DNA of 30,086 nt from a virus. Lineage: Duplodnaviria; Caudoviricetes. Below the pieces are notes generated by a model. It saw only the letters and a list, made by a program, of their open reading frames with translations, was not told the origin of the DNA and ran no database searches. A program made the position numbers and the translations under genes. The DNA is taken from IMG/VR virus record IMGVR_UViG_3300045902_000811, positions 1-30,086 of that record; one strand, given 5' to 3'. This document shows, one piece after another, positions 14,266 through 22,961 of the stretch; within the stretch, counting starts at the first letter, position 1, and each line of letters begins with the position of its first letter.

Positions 14266-15723
14266 GTGCTGAACTGGTTGACCAATCTGTTTGCTCGGCG
14301 CAACCCTTGCGCGCCGCGCCGCGTCGTGCGGGCCATTCGTGCCCGTTACGACGCGGCGGCGACCAACCCGGACAATCGCCGGCACTGGACCAACGCGGAC
14401 GGTCTGTCGGCCAACGCCGCCAACAGCGCGGAGGTGCGGCGCATCCTGCGGAACCGCACCCGCTACGAGGTCGCCAACAACAGCTACGCCCGCGGCATCG
14501 TGCTGACCCTGGCCAACGACGTGGTTGGCACCGGGCCGCGCCTGCAGTTGCTCACGGCCGATGGCGAGGCGAACCGCCTCATCGAGCGCGAGTTCGTCGT
14601 CTGGGCCAAGGCCGTGAACCTGGCCGAGAAGCTCCGCACGATGCGCATGGCCCGGGCGCAGGACGGCGAGGCGTTCGCCGTCATGACGAGCAACCCCAAG
14701 CTGCCGACGTCGGTGCAGCTCGACCTGCGGCTCATCGAAGCCGATCAGGTGACGACGCCCGACACCACGGTGCCGACCGGCAACTTCGTGGACGGCATCG
14801 TGTACGACGACGCCGGCAACCCGGTCGAGTACCACGTGCTCAAGCAGCATCCCGGCGACACGATGGGGCGCTACGTGCTGGAGTTCGACCGCGTTCCGGC
14901 TCAGTCGATGATCCACTGGTTCCGGGCCGACCGGCCCGGCCAGGCGCGCGGCATCCCGGACATCATGCCGGCGCTGCCGCTGTTTGCCCAGCTGCGGCGC
15001 TTCACTTTGGCGGTGATCGCCGCCGCCGAGACCGCCGCCGACTTCGCCGGCATCCTGTACACCGACGCCCCGGCCGGCGGCGAGGCTGACTCTGCCGAAC
15101 CGTTCGAGCCGATCGAACTGGAACAGCGAGCGCTGGTGACGATGCCCGGCGGCTGGAAGATGTCGCAACTGCAAGCGGAGCAACCCGCGACGACCTACGC
15201 CGAGTTTAAGAAGGAGATCCTCAACGAGATCGCCCGCTGCCTCAACATGCCCTTCAACGTCGCGGCGGGCAACTCGTCGGGGTACAACTACGCCTCCGGC
15301 CGGCTCGACCACCAGACCTACTTCAAGGCAATCCGTGTTGACCAGGCGCATCTCGAATGCGTGGTGCTGGACCGCATTCTCGCGGCCTGGCTCGACGAGG
15401 CAGCGCTGATTCCGGGCTTCTTGCCCGCCGGCCTCGGCCCCATCGGCGACTGGCCGCACCAGTGGTTCTGGGACGGACAGGAGCACGTCGATCCTGCCAA
15501 GGAAGCCACTGCACAAGCAACGCGCCTGGCCAGCAACACGACCACTCTGGCCTACGAATATGCCCGGCAGGGCCGGGACTGGGAAGAGGCCCTGCGCCAG
15601 CGGGCCAAGGAAGTCGCGCTCATGCAGGAACTGGGGCTGACGCCGGTGCAGACGCAGCCAAGCGAACCCAAGGAGACCAACGATGAAATCGACGAGTCGG
15701 AAGCCCAGTGGGCAGCCGCATGA
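14266..15723 (+). CDS. Phage portal protein, lambda family
   Basis: LRNRTRYEVANNSYARG, DGEAF, RPGQARGIP, NYASGRL, HVDPAKEA. Confidence 0.92.
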   Translation: MLNWLTNLFARRNPCAPRRVVRAIRARYDAAATNPDNRRHWTNADGLSANAANSAEVRRILRNRTRYEVANNSYARGIVLTLANDVVGTGPRLQLLTADGEANRLIEREFVVWAKAVNLAEKLRTMRMARAQDGEAFAVMTSNPKLPTSVQLDLRLIEADQVTTPDTTVPTGNFVDGIVYDDAGNPVEYHVLKQHPGDTMGRYVLEFDRVPAQSMIHWFRADRPGQARGIPDIMPALPLFAQLRRFTLAVIAAAETAADFAGILYTDAPAGGEADSAEPFEPIELEQRALVTMPGGWKMSQLQAEQPATTYAEFKKEILNEIARCLNMPFNVAAGNSSGYNYASGRLDHQTYFKAIRVDQAHLECVVLDRILAAWLDEAALIPGFLPAGLGPIGDWPHQWFWDGQEHVDPAKEATAQATRLASNTTTLAYEYARQGRDWEEALRQRAKEVALMQELGLTPVQTQPSEPKETNDEIDESEAQWAAA

Positions 15724-17668
15724 TCTGGGCGTGCCCAGCCTGCTCAACCTGGCCGCGACCGCGACGATTGAGCTGGCGGCCAGCGGCGCCGATGCCGACA
15801 AGGCCCTGCCGCGCTTCCGCATGGTCGCCTACACCGGCGCGCCGATGCGGATCGCCGGCTGGCGCTACCCAGTGGTTCTCGACCTGGCCGGACTGGCGAT
15901 CCCCTCGCAATCGCGGCCGATCCGCTTCGGGCACGATCCGCTGTCCGGCGTGGGACACACCGACGCCATCCGCATCGAGGACGGCCAGCTCACGGCAACC
16001 GGGGTGGTGTCCCGCGACACGGCCGCGGCTCGCGAGATTGTCATCTCGGCCAAGAACGGCTTCCCCTGGCAGGCGTCGGTCGGCGCCGGCGTCGAGGAGT
16101 TCGAGTTCATCAAGGAGAACCAGAAGGTCGTGGTCAACGGCCGAGCGCTCACTGGCCCGCTCAACGTCGTGCGTAAGGCGACGCTCGGCGAGATCAGCTT
16201 CGTCGATCTCGGGGCCGACGGCCGCACCAGCGCGACCGTTGCCGCGACCAACCCGTCGGGAGATGCAGCCGTGAACAACCGAGACGCCAACACCGAGGCC
16301 ACCGGCACCGCCTCGCCCCCATTGCCGGCACCTCCGACCGATCCGCAGCCGACGGCCGAGGAGGTTCGCGCCCACGCCCTGGCGGAGACCAGCCGCATCG
16401 CCGCCATCCGTCGGGTCTGTGCGGGCCGGCACGCGGACATCGAGGCGCGGGCTATCCAGGAAGGCTGGGACGCGACCCGCACCGAGCTGGAAATCCTCCG
16501 CGCCGACCGCCCGCGCTCCCCAGCCGTCCACGTCCCCGATAACACCATCACCGCCACGGTGCTCGAAGCAGCCTGCTTGCTGACGGCCAAGCTGGGGCGG
16601 GTCGAGGAGCTGTACGAGCCGCAAACGCTCGACCTGGCCAGCCGGCGCTTCCGCGGCGGCATCGGCTTGCAAGAGTTGCTCCTGGAGGCGGCCTGGGCCA
16701 ACGGCTACACCGGCCGCAACTTCCGCGACCATCGGGCGGTTCTGCGCTTCGCCTTCGGACGCGGCATCGAGGCGTCGTTCTCGACCATCGACATCGGCGG
16801 CATCCTCTCCAACGTCGCCAACAAGTTCCTCCTGGAGGGCTTCTTCTCGGTCGAGCGCACCTGGCGCAACATCACCGCTGTCCGCAACGTCAGCGACTTC
16901 AAGACCGTGACCAGCTACCGCCTCATCGGCAAGGACCAGTACGAGTTGGTCGCGCCCGGCGGCGAGCTGAAGCACGGCACCCTCGGCGAAGAGAAGTACG
17001 AGAATCGGGCCGACACCTACGGCCTGCTTCTGTCCATCGACCGCCGCGACATCATCAACGACGATCTCGGTGCCATCACCACGGTGCCGCGCAAGCTCGG
17101 CCGAGGCTCGGGCCTGAAGATCAACGATGTCTTCTGGACCACGTTCCTGAACAACAGCACCTTCTTCACGGCCGCCCGCGGCAACTACCTCACGGGCGCG
17201 ACCACGGCGCTGGGGATCGACGGCCTGACGGCGGGCGAAGTCGCCTTCATGGACCAGGTGGACTCCGACGGCAAGCCGATCGGTATCATGCCGGCGATCC
17301 TGCTCGTGCCCACGGCGCTGTCGGCCATCGGCTCGCAGCTCTTCAAGTCGCTGGAGCTGCGCGACAACACCGCGAACGTGAAGTACCCGATCACCAACCC
17401 GCACCAGGGCAAGTTCCGCGTCGAGGTGAGCCGCTACCTGGGCAACAGCAAGTACGCGGGCTTTTCGACCAAGGCGTGGTATCTCCTGGCCGAGGCGAGC
17501 GACCTGCCGGTGATCGAGGTGGCGTTCCTCAACGGCCAGGAAGCGCCGACCATCGAGACGGCCGACGCCGACTTCCACGTCCTGGGCGTGCAGATGCGCG
17601 GATTCCATGATTTCGGAGTAAGTCTCCAGGACTATCGCGGCGGCGTGAAGGCGAAAGGCGAAGTGTAA
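15683..17668 (+). CDS. Prohead protease/scaffold/major capsid fusion protein
   Basis: N-terminal protease-like AYTG...H...WQASVGA...EISFV; Pro-rich linker; capsid part with VSDFK, TYG, IINDDLGA, EVAFLNG...P, DFGV...DYRG. Confidence 0.87.
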   Translation: MKSTSRKPSGQPHDLGVPSLLNLAATATIELAASGADADKALPRFRMVAYTGAPMRIAGWRYPVVLDLAGLAIPSQSRPIRFGHDPLSGVGHTDAIRIEDGQLTATGVVSRDTAAAREIVISAKNGFPWQASVGAGVEEFEFIKENQKVVVNGRALTGPLNVVRKATLGEISFVDLGADGRTSATVAATNPSGDAAVNNRDANTEATGTASPPLPAPPTDPQPTAEEVRAHALAETSRIAAIRRVCAGRHADIEARAIQEGWDATRTELEILRADRPRSPAVHVPDNTITATVLEAACLLTAKLGRVEELYEPQTLDLASRRFRGGIGLQELLLEAAWANGYTGRNFRDHRAVLRFAFGRGIEASFSTIDIGGILSNVANKFLLEGFFSVERTWRNITAVRNVSDFKTVTSYRLIGKDQYELVAPGGELKHGTLGEEKYENRADTYGLLLSIDRRDIINDDLGAITTVPRKLGRGSGLKINDVFWTTFLNNSTFFTAARGNYLTGATTALGIDGLTAGEVAFMDQVDSDGKPIGIMPAILLVPTALSAIGSQLFKSLELRDNTANVKYPITNPHQGKFRVEVSRYLGNSKYAGFSTKAWYLLAEASDLPVIEVAFLNGQEAPTIETADADFHVLGVQMRGFHDFGVSLQDYRGGVKAKGEV

Positions 17669-17686
17669 CCCCATGGAGACCAAGCA

Positions 17687-18022
17687 ATGGCACAGGCTGT
17701 TTTCATTCACGAAGGCGGGGCCGTCGATTACACGCCGACGGCGGACGTCGCGGTCGGCGAGGTGGTCGTGCAGGGCGACCTAGTGGGCGTCGCCAAGCAC
17801 CCCATCCCGGCCAACCAACCGGGTGCCCTGGCGGTCCAAGGCGTCTTCGACTTCGCCAAGGCGACCGGGGCGGGCACGGCGCTGGCGGTGGGCACCATCG
17901 TGTACTGGAACAACGTGACCAAGGTCGCCACGGCCACGGCCGCTGGCAACAAGCAGATCGGCAAGGTCGTCAAGGCCGCTGCCGACGCCGATGCCACGGT
18001 CCGCGTCCGCATGAGCCAGTGA
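17687..18022 (+). CDS. DUF2190 family capsid cement/decoration protein
   Basis: DYTP..DV..GEVVV.G.LVGVA, GVFDFAK, VYW, IGK; follows the capsid gene. Confidence 0.85.
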   Translation: MAQAVFIHEGGAVDYTPTADVAVGEVVVQGDLVGVAKHPIPANQPGALAVQGVFDFAKATGAGTALAVGTIVYWNNVTKVATATAAGNKQIGKVVKAAADADATVRVRMSQ

Positions 18023-18029
18023 GGCCGCC

Positions 18030-18410
18030 ATGTCCGATTTGCTCCAGGCCGGCTCGGACTGGCTGGCCGACCAGCTCAAGCAACACGCCTCGCGGCTGGT
18101 CGTCTACCGGCGCGGCGCGGAGGAGACGACGGCGGCGGCCACGGTCGGGCGGACGCTGCTCAAGCTGGACGACGGTTACGGCGGCGTGCGGATGGAATGG
18201 ACCGACCGCGACTTCTTGATTCACGCTGCGGACCTCGTGCTCGGCGGGTCGCCGACTTTGCCTGAGCGGGGTGATGTCATCCGCGAGACGCAGGGGGCCA
18301 AGACCTTCATTTACGAAGTCATGGCGCCGGGCAAGGAGCCGCCCTGGCGCTGGTCGGACGTGTTTCGCAAGGTGCTGCGGATTCACACCAAACAAGTGGG
18401 AGTGGAGTGA
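18030..18410 (+). CDS. Putative head-tail joining protein
   Basis: Position, size and the DFLI...PERGDVI motif. Confidence 0.65.
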   Translation: MSDLLQAGSDWLADQLKQHASRLVVYRRGAEETTAAATVGRTLLKLDDGYGGVRMEWTDRDFLIHAADLVLGGSPTLPERGDVIRETQGAKTFIYEVMAPGKEPPWRWSDVFRKVLRIHTKQVGVE

Positions 18411-18595
18411 TGCTCGAACTGTTGCGACAACTGCTTGGTTTGTTCGGCCGGGAGGAAGGGCGCTTCCGCGAGGTCCTCCCGATTCTCCGCGCCATCGTCC
18501 ACAGCGAGGCGCTGACCGAAGCCGTTCGGGCCACCAAGTCACCCGTGGATGACCTCATCCTGCGGATCGTGCGCGCACTCGTCCCCCAGGAGTGA
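18410..18595 (+). CDS. Small hypothetical amphipathic protein
   Basis: ATG overlaps the upstream stop codon; fills the gap in the operon. Confidence 0.6.
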   Translation: MLELLRQLLGLFGREEGRFREVLPILRAIVHSEALTEAVRATKSPVDDLILRIVRALVPQE

Positions 18596-18598
18596 CGG

Positions 18599-19027
18599 AT
18601 GCCCGCCACGATCCTCGCCATCGCCGACGCCGTGACTGTCCAGCTGAACGCGACGCCGTTCAGCCAGCCGCTGACTGCCGAACGGCACTACCAGCCGCGG
18701 TTCGAGCTGTCGGAAATGACCGAGCTGAAGGTCAGCGTCGTGCCCCGGTCGCTCGCATCGAAGGCGCTCGACCGCAGCCGCGACAGCTTCGATTACCTGA
18801 TCGACGTGGCGGTGCAGAAGAAGACCGACATGAGCCAGGCGTCCCTGGACGCCCTGATGGCGATGGTGGAGGAGATCGCCGACCACTTCCGCCGTCAACC
18901 GCTGGCCGGCTTCCCGCAGGCCCGCTGCACCGAAGTGGAGAACGCTCCGGTTTACGCTGCCGAGCACCTGGAGGAATTCCGCCAATTCACGAGCGTCATC
19001 ACGCTGACCTACCGCGTGTGGAGGTGA
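18599..19027 (+). CDS. Putative tail completion/terminator protein
   Basis: Position, 142 aa, alpha/beta pattern ending TSVITLTYR. Confidence 0.6.
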   Translation: MPATILAIADAVTVQLNATPFSQPLTAERHYQPRFELSEMTELKVSVVPRSLASKALDRSRDSFDYLIDVAVQKKTDMSQASLDALMAMVEEIADHFRRQPLAGFPQARCTEVENAPVYAAEHLEEFRQFTSVITLTYRVWR

Positions 19028-19030
19028 GCC

Positions 19031-19462
19031 ATGATCGGCATGACGTTCCAGGCCGCCAAGGGCGGCTTCTTCGACCGCGAGAAAGTGAAGCGGTCGGTGG
19101 ACGCTGGCACGCGGAAGGTGCTGTCGAAGTTCGGCGCGTTCGTGCGGCAGCGGGCCAAGACGTCGATCCGCAAGCGGAAGGGGACCAGCTCGCCCGGCGA
19201 GCCGCCGTACTCGCACGTTGGTCTGTTGCGGAAGTTCATCCTGTTCGCCTACGACGCGCAGCGCCAGAGCGTCGTCATCGGGCCGACACTGACGAAAGAA
19301 GGCTCCGCAGCGCCGCGCCTGCTGGAACACGGCGGCGACGCGGTCTTGAAGAAACGCGGCAAGGCCCGGCAGGCGCGCTACCGGCCCCGGCCGTTCATGC
19401 AGCCGGCCTTCGTGGCGGAACAACCCAAGCTGCCGGCCCTGTGGCGCGATTCGGTTCGTTGA
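19031..19462 (+). CDS. Putative neck/virion morphogenesis protein
   Basis: Basic protein with S.PGEPP...G.LR, LEHGG and PRPFMQPAF motifs. Confidence 0.68.
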   Translation: MIGMTFQAAKGGFFDREKVKRSVDAGTRKVLSKFGAFVRQRAKTSIRKRKGTSSPGEPPYSHVGLLRKFILFAYDAQRQSVVIGPTLTKEGSAAPRLLEHGGDAVLKKRGKARQARYRPRPFMQPAFVAEQPKLPALWRDSVR

Positions 19463-19493
19463 AGGAGGCCAACTTGTGACTCTGGATTCACCC

Positions 19494-20168
19494 ATGACCT
19501 CCATGAAAGTCTGCCGCATTTGCGGGCGTTCCAGGCCACTCGACCGATTTGCCCGGGATACGAAGTGCCGCGATGGCTTGTCAAAGAAATGCAAGGACTG
19601 CATGAAGGCCTATTCCTGCGAACGCTACCAGCGGTTACGGCTTCAGTCCGGGGCCACCTACCGGCGGGCGATTCGGACAGAGGAGTGGCTGGCGATGCAG
19701 GTCCGGGGAACGATGACGTGTCGCGTCTGCCATGCGGAGAAACCCCTGGAGGAGTTTCGCATCAGCTATCGCGCTCCGCGACGCCGGCGAATCTGCCGAG
19801 ATTGTGAACGGCGGCGGGCAGCCAATCTCCGCGTGGTGAAACAAGAAGAGCGGCGTGCCTATCACCACCGCTTCCGCTGTCGTCAGTACGGGATTACGCC
19901 CAACGACTACGCGCGCATGTTGGACGCCCAAGAAGGGAATTGTGCGATTTGCGGCCACCCCCTGGGTGAGCGCCACCAGACCATCGATCACTGCCACCGC
20001 ACGGGTAAAGTGCGTGGCATCGTTCACTCCATGTGTAACCTCGTGCTGGGCAATGCTCGCGAAAGGGTTGAGGTGCTGCAGGGAGCCATTGCTTACCTGG
20101 CAATGCACGAAGGTCCTCACAACGATACGGCCCCGGGAAACCGGACTGAGGAAGGAGAACGACCTTGA
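19494..20168 (+). CDS. Free-standing endonuclease VII-family (His-Me) homing-type endonuclease
   Basis: Two N-terminal CxxC...CxxC modules; YGIT..Y..ML..Q.G.CAIC, IDHCHRTGKVRG...CN; atypical codon usage; start could be 19476, 19494 or 19503. Confidence 0.85.
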   Translation: MTSMKVCRICGRSRPLDRFARDTKCRDGLSKKCKDCMKAYSCERYQRLRLQSGATYRRAIRTEEWLAMQVRGTMTCRVCHAEKPLEEFRISYRAPRRRRICRDCERRRAANLRVVKQEERRAYHHRFRCRQYGITPNDYARMLDAQEGNCAICGHPLGERHQTIDHCHRTGKVRGIVHSMCNLVLGNARERVEVLQGAIAYLAMHEGPHNDTAPGNRTEEGERP

Positions 20169-20605
20169 GCGTGAAATTAGGCCTCGACGCCAAGCTCTAT
20201 CGCAACACCGGCTCGTTCGCCGTCCCAGTCTGGAACGAGGTTCGCAACGTCAAGGACGTCACCCTGAACCTGGAGGCCGGCGAGGCCGACGTGACCACGC
20301 GCGGCAACGCCGGCTGGCGCGCGACCGTGGCCACGCTCAAGGACGGCTCAATCGAGTTCGAGATGGTCTGGGACACGGCCGACGACGACTTCGGCGCGAT
20401 CCGCGACACGTTCCTCAACCGCGGCGCGATGGAGTTCGCGGTCATGGACGGCGACGTCGCCACGTCCGGCTCGCAGGGATTGCGGGCGACCTGCATGGTC
20501 ACCAACTTCAGCCGCAACGAGGCACTGGAGGAGGCGATCACGGTCAGCGTCACCGTCAAGCCGACGTACTCGATCACCCCGCCGGCATGGTTCATCGTTC
20601 CCTGA
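20165..20605 (+). CDS. Major tail tube protein
   Basis: 146 aa with EADVTTR...GWR...TLK.GSIEFEM pattern; TTG start overlapping the upstream stop. Confidence 0.75.
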   Translation: MSVKLGLDAKLYRNTGSFAVPVWNEVRNVKDVTLNLEAGEADVTTRGNAGWRATVATLKDGSIEFEMVWDTADDDFGAIRDTFLNRGAMEFAVMDGDVATSGSQGLRATCMVTNFSRNEALEEAITVSVTVKPTYSITPPAWFIVP

Positions 20606-20624
20606 TTCCACTTGAGGAGGCAGC

Positions 20625-21653
20625 ATGCGTTCATCGATTGTCGTTTTGTTGATGCTGGCACTCGCCCCTGGCGCCGCGATGGCGGATGCGGTGCGCATCG
20701 CGGGCGAGACCAAGTACAAGCCCCACTCCCTGGTCCGACTCCGCGCGGAGGGCGTGGACGCCAAGGCCGCCATCCTGTGGCGCGTGCATCCGTCCAAAGA
20801 CGTGCAGCGGGCGACTTCGCCGCGAGGCGTCCTGGAGTTCGCCGCCCATCCCGGCACCTACGAAGTCGAGGTGCTGGTCATCTCCAACGCCGACGGCAAC
20901 CTCATGGTCGAGGAAGCTCGCGTCAGCGTGACCATCGAGTCCTGCACGCCGGTGCCGCCGACGCCGCCCAGGCCCGATCCCAAACCGCCCGGCGACGGCA
21001 AGCTCGATCCGGTAGGTGCCCTTGGGCGCATTCGCTTCGGCAGCGCCGGCTGCACGGCCACGGTGATTGGCCCGCGCCGGCCCGACGGCCGCTGGGATGT
21101 GCTGACCGCCGCCCACTGCGTGTCGGGCGTTGGCCAGAAAGGCACGCTAACGCTGAAGGATGGTCGGTCGTTGACCTTGCGCGTCGTCGCGCACCACAAG
21201 GGCCCCGACGCGGCCTGGTGCGTGACGGACGAGGAAGTTGCTGACTTACCCTATGCCTTGATCGCGGCCAAGAACCCCGAGCCGGGTACGACCATCTGGC
21301 ACATGGGTTACGGCGTGGACAAGCCGGGCAACCGCGAGGACGGCACCATCGTCGAGCGCGAAAACGGCCAGGGCCAATTGCGCATGAATCTGAGCGTGTC
21401 GTCGGGGGATTCCGGCGGCGGCATCTTCCGCGCCGATACCAACGAACTCATCTCCGTGGTTTGTTGCACGAGCGGCATGGGCCGGAAGGTGTCGATGTGG
21501 GGCTGTTCGGCGGAAGTCGCGCAGCGGACCCGCCCTAAGGCATCCGACGCCGACGAATCCTGGATGCCGTTGCCGATTCCGCTCCGCTCCTGGCCTGCGG
21601 AATTTGACGAAGAGTGGCAGCCCATCCCAATTCCGATTCGTGTGGCCAAGTGA
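20625..21653 (+). CDS. Secreted trypsin-like (S1) serine protease
   Basis: Signal peptide MRSSIVVLLMLALAPGAAMA; Pro linker; catalytic triad motifs LTAAHC, PDAA, GDSGGG. Confidence 0.85.
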   Translation: MRSSIVVLLMLALAPGAAMADAVRIAGETKYKPHSLVRLRAEGVDAKAAILWRVHPSKDVQRATSPRGVLEFAAHPGTYEVEVLVISNADGNLMVEEARVSVTIESCTPVPPTPPRPDPKPPGDGKLDPVGALGRIRFGSAGCTATVIGPRRPDGRWDVLTAAHCVSGVGQKGTLTLKDGRSLTLRVVAHHKGPDAAWCVTDEEVADLPYALIAAKNPEPGTTIWHMGYGVDKPGNREDGTIVERENGQGQLRMNLSVSSGDSGGGIFRADTNELISVVCCTSGMGRKVSMWGCSAEVAQRTRPKASDADESWMPLPIPLRSWPAEFDEEWQPIPIPIRVAK

Positions 21654-21670
21654 TTCACCTGGAGTCATCG

Positions 21671-22171
21671 ATGCGGACCTTCACCGACAACGCGGGCCGG
21701 ACCTGGACCATCGCCATCAACGTGGCGGCGATCAAGCGGGTGCGTGGTCTGCTCAATGTCGATCTGTACAAGCTGGTGGACGACGGCTTCAAGCCGCTTG
21801 GCGCACTGGTCGGCGATCCGGTGATGCTCGCTGACGTCCTGTACTGCCTCTGCAAGGACGAAGCGGAAGCCAAGAAAGTCAGCGACGAGGACTTCGGTCG
21901 GGCGCTGGCGGGCGACGCCATCACCCTGGCGACCGACGCCTTCCTGGAGGAGCTGATCGATTTTTTCCCCGAAGCGAGGGCGCGGAGCAGCCTGCGGAAG
22001 ATCGTGGCCGAGAGCCGGAAGGTCCGGGACCGGCTCCTGGGCCGGGCCGAGAAGGTCCTGGAGGGCTTCGACGCCGACCGCGAAGCGAACAGGTTGTTAC
22101 GCTCATTTGGCATTGCGCCGGAGTCCTCGGCATCGACCCCGGCCCCTTCACCCTCCGGGAACTCTGCCTGA
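21671..22171 (+). CDS. Tail assembly chaperone (gpG-like)
   Basis: GGAG RBS with ATG 21671; lies between tail tube and tape measure; DFF encoded by the slippery GAT TTT TTC. Confidence 0.7.
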   Translation: MRTFTDNAGRTWTIAINVAAIKRVRGLLNVDLYKLVDDGFKPLGALVGDPVMLADVLYCLCKDEAEAKKVSDEDFGRALAGDAITLATDAFLEELIDFFPEARARSSLRKIVAESRKVRDRLLGRAEKVLEGFDADREANRLLRSFGIAPESSASTPAPSPSGNSA

Positions 22172-22383
22172 TGGCCGAGGCCCGCAGCCGCGAGCGCTGG
22201 GCGCACACCTCGGCCCTGCTGGCGCTGACGGCCAACGTCCACCGTGACCACCGGAAAAAGCCCGCGCCGTACAAGCCGGCGGACTTCAACCCCTACCAGC
22301 GCCGGCGGGAGCTGCCGGTGCGCAAGGCGTCGATTGAGGTGCTCAAGCAGGTGTTTGTGGAGCGCCGTCAGCCAGGGAAGTGA
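22171..22383 (+). CDS. Tail assembly chaperone extension (gpT-like), probably reached by -1 frameshift
   Basis: The -1 frame is open from at least 21961 and reads ...LIWHCAGVLGIDPGPFTLRELCL-MAEAR... Confidence 0.62.
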   Translation: MAEARSRERWAHTSALLALTANVHRDHRKKPAPYKPADFNPYQRRRELPVRKASIEVLKQVFVERRQPGK

Positions 22384-22386
22384 GCA

Positions 22387-22935
22387 ATGCCATCGACCGT
22401 TGATCCAGGAATGTGCAAGCGGTGTGGGCAGCGGTCCCGATCTGGCGGCAGAACCAAATGTGCGTCTTGCTTGGCCCGCGCCATTCGTGATCAGCAGGTT
22501 GTTCGGGAACGGGCCAAGAAGAATCGCCTTTGTATCCGCTGCTATCGGCGGCTTCCCGAGGCCTCGGCGCTGGTGACCTGTCCCGCCTGCGTCGCCAAGC
22601 ACCGTCGCTCCCATCAAGCGTGGGCGCGGCGGCTCAAGCGGGAGGTGCTGTCCCATTACGGCGGCGCGCGGTGCGTCTGCTGTGGGGAAACGGGGCTCGC
22701 TTTTCTCACGGTAGACCATGTCCTCGGCAACGGGGCGGAGCACCGGCGAGAGCTGGGGGTCACGGGCTTCAAGTTTTACCGCTGGCTCAAGAAGCAAGGC
22801 TTTCCCCCGGGCTACCAGGTCCTCTGCATGGGATGCAACTGGGCGAAGAGACGCCAGCACTGCTGTCCGCACCAGTTGCTCCGTGGGCAGACGCCGGGAC
22901 AGGCAGAGCCGGTCGCGCCGGATTGGACGATTTAG
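22387..22935 (+). CDS. Free-standing HNH-like endonuclease with N-terminal Zn fingers
   Basis: CKRC..CASC, CIRC..CPAC, then YGGARCVCCGE...LTVDHV.GNG...QVLCMGCN. Confidence 0.8.
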   Translation: MPSTVDPGMCKRCGQRSRSGGRTKCASCLARAIRDQQVVRERAKKNRLCIRCYRRLPEASALVTCPACVAKHRRSHQAWARRLKREVLSHYGGARCVCCGETGLAFLTVDHVLGNGAEHRRELGVTGFKFYRWLKKQGFPPGYQVLCMGCNWAKRRQHCCPHQLLRGQTPGQAEPVAPDWTI

Positions 22936-22961
22936 AGCGCTGCACGAGGAAATGGCCGATC

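Noticed and set aside
22530-22961. Upstream extensions of the tape measure, GT (27484) and FkbM (28836) ORFs given in the track
   Set aside because: They overlap real upstream genes; coupled or RBS-supported starts exist at 22962, 27910 and 29250
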